Source: Bacillota bacterium
Lineage (GTDB): Bacteria; Bacillota; Ch66; Ch109
DNA length: 64,000 nucleotides
Assembly: GCA_050952625.1 (NCBI GenBank)
Contig: JBMNLH010000007.1
Span: forward strand, 32,001-96,000
Direction of reading: 5' to 3'
Part shown: positions 56,303-64,000 of the stretch, one piece after another
Numbering within the stretch: position 1 is the first letter of the stretch
Layout of the letters: every line of letters starts with the position of its first letter
The notes under the pieces: generated by a model
What the model was told of the DNA's origin: nothing
Databases searched by the model: none
What the model saw: only the letters and a program-made list of their open reading frames with translations
Position numbers and translations under genes: made by a program

Positions 56303-56536
56303 GTGCAATTATGTCTTAGGACCACTTACTACTTCTAGGGGGTGAGAGTCTATAAATTTGTCAAGTCATAATCTGCCTTCAACAAGGTAGTCATATTTAT
56401 TAATCCGGTTTAAACCAAGCGCAATGAAGATTTGGAGGCTAACAGGGTGTCTAAACACCCCGCGGGGAATTGATATATGGATTTTGTCTTTTGACTATTA
56501 AATTAAACCACCTATTTTAAATTTCTTAAGAGTGAG

Positions 56537-57067
56537 GTGTTCTTTTTGCAGAAGCTGAATCCCGACCACGTTAAGGCTGTATTGGACCTGATCAACCGAG
56601 GGCCATACTTTAGGCTCCTAGCGATGGAGGTCCGAGAGATGGGAATAGGCTTTTCGAAGGTTGTGGTTGACCTCGAAGACAAACACCTTAATCCATTTGG
56701 CGGAATTCACGGCGGGGTTTACTCCTCATTGATTGATACGGCTGCTTATTGGGCGGTTTATTGCGAAGTTGAAGAAAATGCTGGACTGATCTCGCTTGAT
56801 CTAAGGGTCGATAATTTAGCACCAGTAAAAGACGGGCGTCTGGTGGTAGAAGGAAAACGGATTAAAACCGGAAGAAATATTTGTATTGCCGAAGCAGAAA
56901 TAGTCAATGATCAGGGTAAACGTCTGGCGTATGGGATATCTAAACAGATGGTTGTGCCAGGGCTGCAAACCATCGCTCAAGCAGTGGCCGCGATGGGATA
57001 TGAACCGATCCCACCCAAATTCATTTATGAACCCACTTTGGAGCTTAAGCAATCAGTCCAAATGTAA
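56537..57067 (+). CDS. PaaI family thioesterase (hotdog fold)
   Basis: HLNPFGGIHGGVYSSLIDTA. Confidence 0.9.
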   Translation: MFFLQKLNPDHVKAVLDLINRGPYFRLLAMEVREMGIGFSKVVVDLEDKHLNPFGGIHGGVYSSLIDTAAYWAVYCEVEENAGLISLDLRVDNLAPVKDGRLVVEGKRIKTGRNICIAEAEIVNDQGKRLAYGISKQMVVPGLQTIAQAVAAMGYEPIPPKFIYEPTLELKQSVQM

Positions 57068-57098
57068 TTTGTAATTTAGGAAAGGAACATGCACGATT

Positions 57099-57929
57099 AT
57101 GAAAAAGGTGCTCGGATTGGTCATCTCCCAGAGAAAACTGGGCAACAGCGAACTATTAGTTAAAGAGATTATGAGCAATATCCCTGAAGAATGCCACCTA
57201 GAATTAATCCGGCTGACTGACTTAAAAATCGAGCCATGTAAAGCATGTTATCGCTGCCTGCAACCGGACACCGCTTGCCCGACAAAAGATGATTTTAATT
57301 ATGTAATGAATAAAATTAAAGCGGCGGACGCACTAATTATTGGAATGCCTGTCTATATCCTAGGGCCACACGGCTACTATAAGATGCTGACCGACCGTTT
57401 AGTGGGAGCAGAGAACTACTCCAAATATACGGCCGGTAAACCCTGCGTCATTGTTATCCCCTACGGAACAAAGGGGTGGCAAGGATACAGCAAGACTGCC
57501 GCTCTGGCCATGCCAAGATTCCTGAAAATGAAACTCATCGACTGTTGGCAGGTTCACGCTACCTTACCGGCGGAATCACTGTTGAACCCGGATAACCTGG
57601 AGTATGCGCGTACCTTGGGTCGCGACCTTTTTGGCAATCGGGAATACCCATATGGCCGCCGAGAGTGTATTTACTGCGGGTCTGACTTATTCCGACTGCT
57701 GCCGGAACGAAAAGTGGAATGCCCTCTCTGCGGAGCCCAAGGGATTCTTGACAGCGACAACCTCCCCGATTTTTCCATCACAGATTACTGCCGTTTTGCC
57801 AACAGAGAGATGGAAGAACATTTTAAAGTATGGTTGGTAGAAATGAAACAGAAGTTTTTAGCGGAAAAGGATAGTCTAAAAGAGGTTCAGAAAGGCTACG
57901 GGGAAAAAGACTGGTGGATTAAACCCTAA
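57099..57929 (+). CDS. Multimeric flavodoxin / iron-sulfur flavoprotein with C-terminal Cys pairs
   Basis: SQRKLGNS, CKACYRC...CPTKDD, PVY, CIYC...CPLC. Confidence 0.85.
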   Translation: MKKVLGLVISQRKLGNSELLVKEIMSNIPEECHLELIRLTDLKIEPCKACYRCLQPDTACPTKDDFNYVMNKIKAADALIIGMPVYILGPHGYYKMLTDRLVGAENYSKYTAGKPCVIVIPYGTKGWQGYSKTAALAMPRFLKMKLIDCWQVHATLPAESLLNPDNLEYARTLGRDLFGNREYPYGRRECIYCGSDLFRLLPERKVECPLCGAQGILDSDNLPDFSITDYCRFANREMEEHFKVWLVEMKQKFLAEKDSLKEVQKGYGEKDWWIKP

Positions 57930-57986
57930 TATAAACTGGTTTTAATGGAATTTCAAAGGCAGAGTACTGGAAATATTTTTCTTGCA

Positions 57987-58080
57987 TAATCAGATAGTAT
58001 AAGTGGTGCTTTCTGATTATCAGTAAGTGGTGCAACTAGGCTTCCGCCTGCGCCAAAGGCTTGGCGTAACTGAGTTTTCT
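57987..58080 (+). repeat. Family B element, free-standing copy
   Basis: ATAATCAGATAGTATAAG...CTTTCTGATTAT...GTGCAACTAGGCTTCCGCCTGCGCCAAAGGCTTGGCGTAACTGAGTTTTCT. Confidence 0.8.
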
Positions 58081-58204
58081 TTAACTAGCTTGATAAAAGG
58101 CTAAATGCACCTCCATTATATATAGCCCCCTTAGGGGGGCATATTTTACATTCCACTAGCACTATATCTACCCGATGTTTTCACCTAAGCGATTTGAGAT
58201 TTTG

Positions 58205-58320
58205 TCTGAATGAAAAACTCCCGCTCCACTCCTATAAGTGGGGTACCCTGTTTAAACTTCAATTGGAGTAGAGTCTTTCATCTGAAGCCTCGATGTTCAG
58301 CAAAACTGAACGAGTACACT
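58205..58320 (-). repeat. Family A copy
   Basis: CCACTCCTATAAGTGGGG...TTTAAACTTC...CATCTGAAGCCTCGATGTTCAGCAAAACTGAACGAGTACACT. Confidence 0.8.
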
Positions 58321-58341
58321 TGGAAATATCTAGGTATTAGG

Positions 58342-58391
58342 TTGACTATAAAGTTTCTAGATTTTATAATATTAATTAATCGACCGTTTAA
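58342..58391 (+). promoter_or_regulatory. sigma-A promoter with candidate TetR operator
   Basis: TTGACT-17-TATAAT followed by TTAATCGACCGTTTAA near-palindrome (58376-58391). Confidence 0.65.
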
Positions 58392-58546
58392 TTAGTTGTA
58401 TATCTACTATTTTTGTCTGTGTGCACCCTGTTCTCTTTATGAAGCTCGCCGTAAGTTTGGCGGGCTTTTTTAAAGCAAATTCATACTTTCACTTTTTATA
58501 ATAATCAACTGCTTTCCGTCTAGAAAATTCCAAGGGAGGATAAATT

Positions 58547-58999
58547 ATGAATGAATACCAAGTTGAAAATAAGGGTCTTGATGAAAAACTTTTTAATACA
58601 ATATTAAAAACCATCCTCGATATGCCCGCCTTACAGAACATGCAAATAATCCCGAAGTATTTGGCCCCTGGTAAAGCGGGATTTGAAATGACTGTTGACC
58701 CGGCGTATTCCAACTCTAGAGGCACCGCCCACGGGGGATTGATTGCCGCCCTGGTTGATACAACCATGGGATATGCGGGTATCTGTTTAGATCTAATGTT
58801 AGTAACATTAGAAATGAATCTAAATTATTTTGCCTCCGTTAATGTGGGAGAAAAGATTTTTGCCGATGGTGAAGTAATTCATGCAGGTAGGACAACAGTG
58901 GTAGCAGAAGCCAGGGTATATGATAGCAAGAATAAACTCGTGACCAAAAGTCGAGGAACCTATTTTCCGGTTGGTAAAATGTCCGAGATCCAAGATTAA
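58547..58999 (+). CDS. PaaI family thioesterase
   Basis: NSRGTAHGGLIAALVDTTMG, VTLEMNLNY. Confidence 0.9.
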   Translation: MNEYQVENKGLDEKLFNTILKTILDMPALQNMQIIPKYLAPGKAGFEMTVDPAYSNSRGTAHGGLIAALVDTTMGYAGICLDLMLVTLEMNLNYFASVNVGEKIFADGEVIHAGRTTVVAEARVYDSKNKLVTKSRGTYFPVGKMSEIQD

Positions 59000-59610
59000 C
59001 TTGTTTCTCGGACAGACAACATACCCTGCAATAGAATGTCTAGCGTCTTCTCCGCCAGCTTCTCATCATATTTATTTTGGTAGTCTGCCATTCCGGGAAA
59101 CCGGCTGGTTATAGGAGAAGACATGAAATACCAGAGAATCATCCCTCGGATACTGATGGTAACCAATCGGGTATCGATTGGCCGAAAAACTCCAGTTTTA
59201 ACACCTTTGCTCAGTATCCGCTCAATCATAATGAAATGTTTTGCCCAATAACGCTCCACCAGTAAATCCATATCGGTGTCCTTAAAAAAAATGGCCTGAA
59301 AGACTAGTTGAGCGGTCTTATTTCTTCGCCGCAGGAAATTGGTGTATTCGTAGACGTATCTTTTAAGATTGGCGACGGGGTCCCTCTCTTCTTGAATTGC
59401 CGACTCAAGTATTTCGCTCAACTCACTCAGCAACTTCTCGATGATCGCCTGGTAAAGGCCTTGTTTATTCCTGAAGTAGTAATAGATCATGGCACTGTTC
59501 ACTTGAGCCCCATCCGCTATCTCCCTAATCGAGACAGCATCAAACCCTCTATCCGCGAAGAGCGTTTCCGCAGTCTCGATGATCCTTTCCTTGGGGTCCG
59601 ACCTTTTTAT
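58996..59610 (-). CDS. TetR/AcrR family regulator (apparent ATA start)
   Basis: Frame continues upstream of the track's GTG as KRSDPKERIIETAETLFADRGFDAVSIREIADGAQVNSAMIYYYF; GGAGG 7 nt before in-frame ATA. Confidence 0.85.
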   Translation of the reverse strand: MKRSDPKERIIETAETLFADRGFDAVSIREIADGAQVNSAMIYYYFRNKQGLYQAIIEKLLSELSEILESAIQEERDPVANLKRYVYEYTNFLRRRNKTAQLVFQAIFFKDTDMDLLVERYWAKHFIMIERILSKGVKTGVFRPIDTRLVTISIRGMILWYFMSSPITSRFPGMADYQNKYDEKLAEKTLDILLQGMLSVRETS

Positions 59611-59990
59611 ACTAATTCCTCCAATCTTCTCTTTGTCTTTTTCAATTATCGCAGCCCATGTGTCTCCCTGTCAACATTAATGCTAACAATGTCGGAATTA
59701 TAAATATTATTAAAAGTTATCAATCAATTGATCGACACTTTTTAACATTTTTGCTGGAAATATCTGAAATATCTGTTGACTATAATTAAAGAATATTCTA
59801 TACTATTATTAAACAGCCGATAAGTCTGACAAATTACTGTTTCTAATTCTTATGTTCCTATGGGAATTCATTGCGTCTGTTGGTTTATTCAATAAAGCCC
59901 GCCCTAAATTGGCGGGCTTTATTGAAATGACGTGACTAACTGTTATGTAAGATAACAAATGCTTTGTTACTTCTTAAGTTGCAAAAATGA

Positions 59991-61142
59991 ATGGAGGTAA
60001 TAGTTATGAACGAAAAATTGAATTCCTTTCGTAGTTTGGCTGACTCAATGATTCAGGCCCACGAACAAGGCTGTATATTTTTTACTACTGACCTAGCTAA
60101 GTATGACTTCGTCCAGAATCATAAACTAGATTTACCAGGAGTAAAACCCGGCGAACCGCTAATTAACCTAGGTAATATAGAAACTTGTATTAAAGAAAGG
60201 AGGACCCTAGTCGGAGAGATTGAACGCCATATTTATGGAAAACGGATGAAGATTTGGGTTTGGCCAGTTATAGAGAACAACGAAGTAATCGGGACATACG
60301 GAATAATGATACCGAAAGAACATCCGGTAATTCAGGCCTTCGACTACTTTGCAGAACCGCTGGCCAACTCTTTCCCTGAAGGCACAGTTATTCTGGCCAC
60401 TGACAAGGAACAAATTATTAAAAAACAAGGCACGAAGAAATTTGACATTAAGGCTATTCAGGTTGGGACAAAGCTCCAAGAGCATGATGCCGCCCCCCGC
60501 TCCATGCGTTCCCGGTCCCAGGAAGTTTTAAATGTTGGAGCCAAGGCATTCGGCACTCCTTGTCAAATAGTCAGCAACCCCCTGATTGATGAGGAGTCTG
60601 GTGAAGTAGTAGGAGCTTTTGGTCTAATCTTCCCCCGTGCCCTAGCTGTAAAACTTAATGACTTAGCCACCCGATTAGGTGTCAGTACCCAGGAGATAGC
60701 TTCAGTTATGGAAGAGGTCGCCGCTTCTGCCAGCGAGATTTCGATGAATGAAGGGCAATTAAATGAAAAGGTAAAAGAAGTAGCTAACATATCGGTCCAA
60801 ATAAATGAAGTATTAGACTTTATTAAGAGCGTTGCTGACCAGACTAAAATGTTAGGCTTAAATGCGGCAATAGAAGCGGCCCGCGCCGGTGAACACGGCC
60901 GCGGGTTTGGCGTTGTGGCGGAAGAAATTCGCAAGCTTAGTGATCAGTCTAAGGAAACCGCCGAGAGCATCAGAAAACTCACTAAAGAGATTGAGGATAA
61001 GATGGAGGTAATCAGCGGTGCCTCGGGACTAACCCTGAAGCAAAGCCAAGAACAAGCAGCGGCCACCGAAGAAGTAACTGCCTCGATAATGGAAATAGCC
61101 CAAATGGCCGAAAGCTTGGCCGAAACTGCCAAAACATTGTAA
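59991..61142 (+). CDS. Soluble methyl-accepting chemotaxis protein
   Basis: [33 protein letters not shown]; no TM segments; two repeated N-terminal sensor modules. Confidence 0.92.
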   Translation: MEVIVMNEKLNSFRSLADSMIQAHEQGCIFFTTDLAKYDFVQNHKLDLPGVKPGEPLINLGNIETCIKERRTLVGEIERHIYGKRMKIWVWPVIENNEVIGTYGIMIPKEHPVIQAFDYFAEPLANSFPEGTVILATDKEQIIKKQGTKKFDIKAIQVGTKLQEHDAAPRSMRSRSQEVLNVGAKAFGTPCQIVSNPLIDEESGEVVGAFGLIFPRALAVKLNDLATRLGVSTQEIASVMEEVAASASEISMNEGQLNEKVKEVANISVQINEVLDFIKSVADQTKMLGLNAAIEAARAGEHGRGFGVVAEEIRKLSDQSKETAESIRKLTKEIEDKMEVISGASGLTLKQSQEQAAATEEVTASIMEIAQMAESLAETAKTL

Positions 61143-61493
61143 GCTTCTTCAACGGTGAACCGATAAACGAAGCCTCTCCCGCCTGCTTTGCTATGAGGCG
61201 GGAACTCCCCGGTTTACAAACCGCAGCCACCGGTTGTTAAGAAACAACCTAACTCTAATAAAAATTTCCATACCAAATATTTCCATTCCACAGACGAACA
61301 GGACCACCTGCACGATCTTCCCTTACTAAAGCCGTCTGTTAAAGCCCAGGCATCTATATGTTCTGGGCTAAGGGTTTGTTCGCCGCTCCTTACTCACCTC
61401 CAAGTTGCAAGTGTTCCGATAAGCCCCACACTTTCTTAATGTTTCATAAAGGCAACAAACCCTTTGTTCCTTCCCCTCGATTCCCGCGACATA

Positions 61494-61530
61494 AAGAAAC
61501 CACTCTCGATAATAGAGTGGCTTCTTCTCA
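61494..61530. terminator. Hairpin terminator downstream of nadC
   Basis: AAGAAACCACTCT/AGAGTGGCTTCTT stem. Confidence 0.6.
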
Positions 61531-61584
61531 TTTTTTCAGTCCAAGGCCAAAAGTTCAACCAGTTTCTCGGTTTCCGGCCAGACT

Positions 61585-62433
61585 TCACTGCGCTCCCTTG
61601 ATCTCCCCGATATCCAGACTTATATCCAGGGCTTTGACCGAATGAGTAAGCGCGCCTACAGAGATTAAATCTACGCCGGTCGCGGCCACTTCAGCTACGT
61701 TCTCTTCGGTAATTCCCCCCGAGGCCTCCAGCAAAGCTCTTCCCCCGGTTAATTCCACTGCCTGCCGCAATAAAGCTGGTGCCATATTATCCAGGAGGAC
61801 AATATCTACCTTTGCTTCTAAAGCTTCCTGAAGTTGGGCTAGGTCCTCCACTTCCACCTCAATTTTCATCGTGTGGGGAATCTGTCGACGGACCCGCTTC
61901 ACCGCCGCTTGGATGCTGCCGGCGACTTTGATATGGTTATCTTTGATCAGCACGGCATCGTATAGGCCAAACCGGTGGTTGCTTCCGCCGCCCATCCGTA
62001 CCGCATACTTTTCCAGAACACGCAACCCCGGGGTAGTCTTACGAGTATCCACTATTTTCGCTTTGTAATCCTTGACCCTTTCGACATAACGCTGGGTTTG
62101 ACTGGCGATACCCGATAACCGTTGAAGAAAATTTAAGGCCACCCTTTCTCCAGATAAAATAACGCCGGCCGGGCCGAAAACCTCAGCAATCAAGTCCCCC
62201 GCGCGGATGGGTTGACCGTCATTTTTCAGAGCAACAAAAGTAACCTGAGGGTTAAGCTGCTGAAAAACTAGCCGCGCCACCTCGATTCCGGCTAACACTC
62301 CAGAACTCTTGCTGTATAGCAAACCACGGGCCAGCTCCCCGGCCGGCACAATACTGTCAGTAGTGATGTCACCGGTTCCCAAATCTTCCTGCAATGCCCG
62401 ACTAACAATTTCCTTGATTACTTCGTGATTCAT
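61585..62433 (-). CDS. nadC: Quinolinate phosphoribosyltransferase
   Basis: EDLGTGDITT, DTRKTTPG, IKDNH, EASGGI. Confidence 0.97.
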   Translation of the reverse strand: MNHEVIKEIVSRALQEDLGTGDITTDSIVPAGELARGLLYSKSSGVLAGIEVARLVFQQLNPQVTFVALKNDGQPIRAGDLIAEVFGPAGVILSGERVALNFLQRLSGIASQTQRYVERVKDYKAKIVDTRKTTPGLRVLEKYAVRMGGGSNHRFGLYDAVLIKDNHIKVAGSIQAAVKRVRRQIPHTMKIEVEVEDLAQLQEALEAKVDIVLLDNMAPALLRQAVELTGGRALLEASGGITEENVAEVAATGVDLISVGALTHSVKALDISLDIGEIKGAQ

Positions 62434-62518
62434 CGCTGTTCGTTAACTCCTTAAGTAAACTCGTTCGTCAGGAGAGTGTCTGAAGTCATTCAAGCAGTAT
62501 AAATTCGTTAGCTCCTTA

Positions 62519-62600
62519 AGTGAACACGTTCAGCTTTATTGAACACTGAGCTTCAGATAGAGAACAGAGACCCTAGTAGGGAGTCTTTTGATTAAGATCA
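62519..62600 (+). repeat. Family A degenerate copy
   Basis: AGTGAACACGTTCAGCTTTATTGAACACTGAGCTTCAGATAGAGA...GGGAGTCTTTTGATTAAG. Confidence 0.7.
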
Positions 62601-62691
62601 AAATGAATTGTACTATAAATCGTGTGACGAAAGGCGTGAAGCGTGTTGGTGGAATGGGAAACAGGAAAACCAGAACTATGAGTTTGGCTGA

Positions 62692-64000
62692 TCAATTCCT
62701 TTGGAAAACTATGTGGACTCGCCAAAGCCGATCCCGGGGATTGGGATAATCCAGGCGGAAATGAGCACCCCGGCTTTCTCGGCGAAACCAAGCTGCAGTG
62801 GCGACCAATCGACCGAGCATTAACAGGTTAGCCGCCTCAACTTGGACCGGCTCAGTTATAATAGTTGGAACCCTTAGTGCCTCAGTTGACAGCCAGTTGA
62901 TGGCCTGGACTAAACTTTCCGCATTTCGAACCAAGCCGACCTTGTCCCACATTAACTTCTGGATATTACAAATGGTTTCGGCGGGATCAAAGCCATTTTT
63001 CCAGTCGGTCGCAATAAAATCAATTAACGCTGCTTCAGGTAAAGGTTGATTGCCAAAATCCGGGGTCCAAGCAAGCACCTGATCGGCCCCGTGTCTTTCC
63101 AAAGGAGGAAACTTTTCTAGCGGAGCAATATCCTGCTTGTTCCAAAAGGGCGTGGTGTTCCAAAAGTCTAAGCAGGACCGAACTATCCGATCGCCAAAAA
63201 CCAGCCCATCCAACAAAGAGTTGCTAGCCAAACGGTTGGCTCCGTGCACTCCATTACAGGCTGCCTCGCCGCAAGCATATAGCCCGGGGACCGTTGTTCG
63301 TCCACAGCCATCGGTTTTAATGCCGCCCATGGTATAATGAGCTGCCGGAGCAATTGGGATCGGCTGTGTTCCAATATCTATTCCATATTTCAGACAATTA
63401 CGGCTAATGCTCGGAAAACGGCGTCGGACCCGGTCAGCCCCTAAACGGGTCGCGTCTAAATAAACCGGGCCTTCTTGCAGCTCCTGCCAGATAGCTCGGG
63501 CGACCACGTCTCGTGGTGCCAACTCGGCCAAGGGATGGTAACGCGGCATGAAGCGTTCCTGGCGGTGGTTAAATAACAAGCCACCTTCTCCCCGTACCGC
63601 TTCGGAGATCAAAAATCGAGGTGCCCCGGGCAGTGATAGCGCGGTGGGGTGAAACTGGACAAACTCCAAATCCATCAGCCGACAACCCACCCGATAGGCA
63701 GCCGCTACTCCATCGCCAGTAGCAATCGATGGATTGGTGGTATTCTGGTATAACTGGCCGGCACCGCCGGTAGCCAGCACCGTAACCCGCGCCAGGTAAA
63801 TAATCAAGTGACCGCTCTGCCGGTCCAAGGTCAATACGCCAATACATTGGCCGGCCTGGTTGGTCAAGATGTCCAACACCAAACTATTCTCGTAAACAGT
63901 TATTTTAGATGTTCGTTCACATTGCCGGACCAGGGTTCTCTGGATTTCATTACCAGTCGCGTCGCTAGCATGAATAATTCTCGGATGACTGTGAGCCGCT
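62692..64000 (-). CDS. nadB: L-aspartate oxidase, 3' part (start beyond window end)
   Basis: HSHPRIIHASDATG, LATGG, QFHPT, ELAPRDVV, HGANRLASNSL, ESRGAHFR; precedes nadC. Confidence 0.95.
   Translation of the reverse strand, partial: AAHSHPRIIHASDATGNEIQRTLVRQCERTSKITVYENSLVLDILTNQAGQCIGVLTLDRQSGHLIIYLARVTVLATGGAGQLYQNTTNPSIATGDGVAAAYRVGCRLMDLEFVQFHPTALSLPGAPRFLISEAVRGEGGLLFNHRQERFMPRYHPLAELAPRDVVARAIWQELQEGPVYLDATRLGADRVRRRFPSISRNCLKYGIDIGTQPIPIAPAAHYTMGGIKTDGCGRTTVPGLYACGEAACNGVHGANRLASNSLLDGLVFGDRIVRSCLDFWNTTPFWNKQDIAPLEKFPPLERHGADQVLAWTPDFGNQPLPEAALIDFIATDWKNGFDPAETICNIQKLMWDKVGLVRNAESLVQAINWLSTEALRVPTIITEPVQVEAANLLMLGRLVATAAWFRRESRGAHFRLDYPNPRDRLWRVHIVFQRN

Noticed and set aside
56375-56440. 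Possible ANTAR twin hairpins upstream of the first PaaI gene
   Set aside because: Stems and spacing fit poorly and there is no overlapping terminator
62438-62531. 28-nt repeats 65 nt apart as a second mini-CRISPR
   Set aside because: Fully explained by an RBS plus family A terminus; no CRISPR-type ends

Overview
Core-genome window from an endospore-forming Firmicute (Bacillota; the gene set and EF-Tu/RpoB signatures suggest a Peptococcaceae-like clostridium, which is inference). Mostly on the minus strand, it carries: (1) 1-11.8 kb, rpoC' rpoB rplL rplJ rplA rplK nusG secE rpmG tuf, six tRNAs and sigH; (2) 12-31 kb, rlmB thyX mrnC cysS cysE (Cys T-box) gltX ispF ispD yacL disA radA clpC mcsB mcsA ctsR; (3) 31-37.5 kb, a full rRNA operon (16S-Ile-Ala-23S-5S-Asn); (4) 38-46 kb, lysS greA, an uncharacterised HTH/dehydrogenase-like trio, dusB coaX bioY; (5) 46-64 kb, a patchier region with pheA-aroF (Phe T-box), a TetR/PaaI/flavodoxin/amidohydrolase island, a soluble MCP, nadC and nadB'. 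Most notable: the rRNA operon carries heptamer-repeat hairpin insertions (16S h6, 23S H45 and H68, both spacers), and the H45 one holds a decayed four-helix-bundle gene with an intact RBS and start. A CRISPR-like repeat-spacer-repeat unit (30/36/29 nt) sits inside the T-box-controlled aroF leader. CysS has a duplicated C-terminal anticodon-binding module, DisA has a ~100-aa charged N-terminal extension, and a TetR gene apparently starts at ATA. Several small dispersed repeat families are present, one nested inside another. All calls come from reading the sequence and recalling protein/RNA families; no database search was run.
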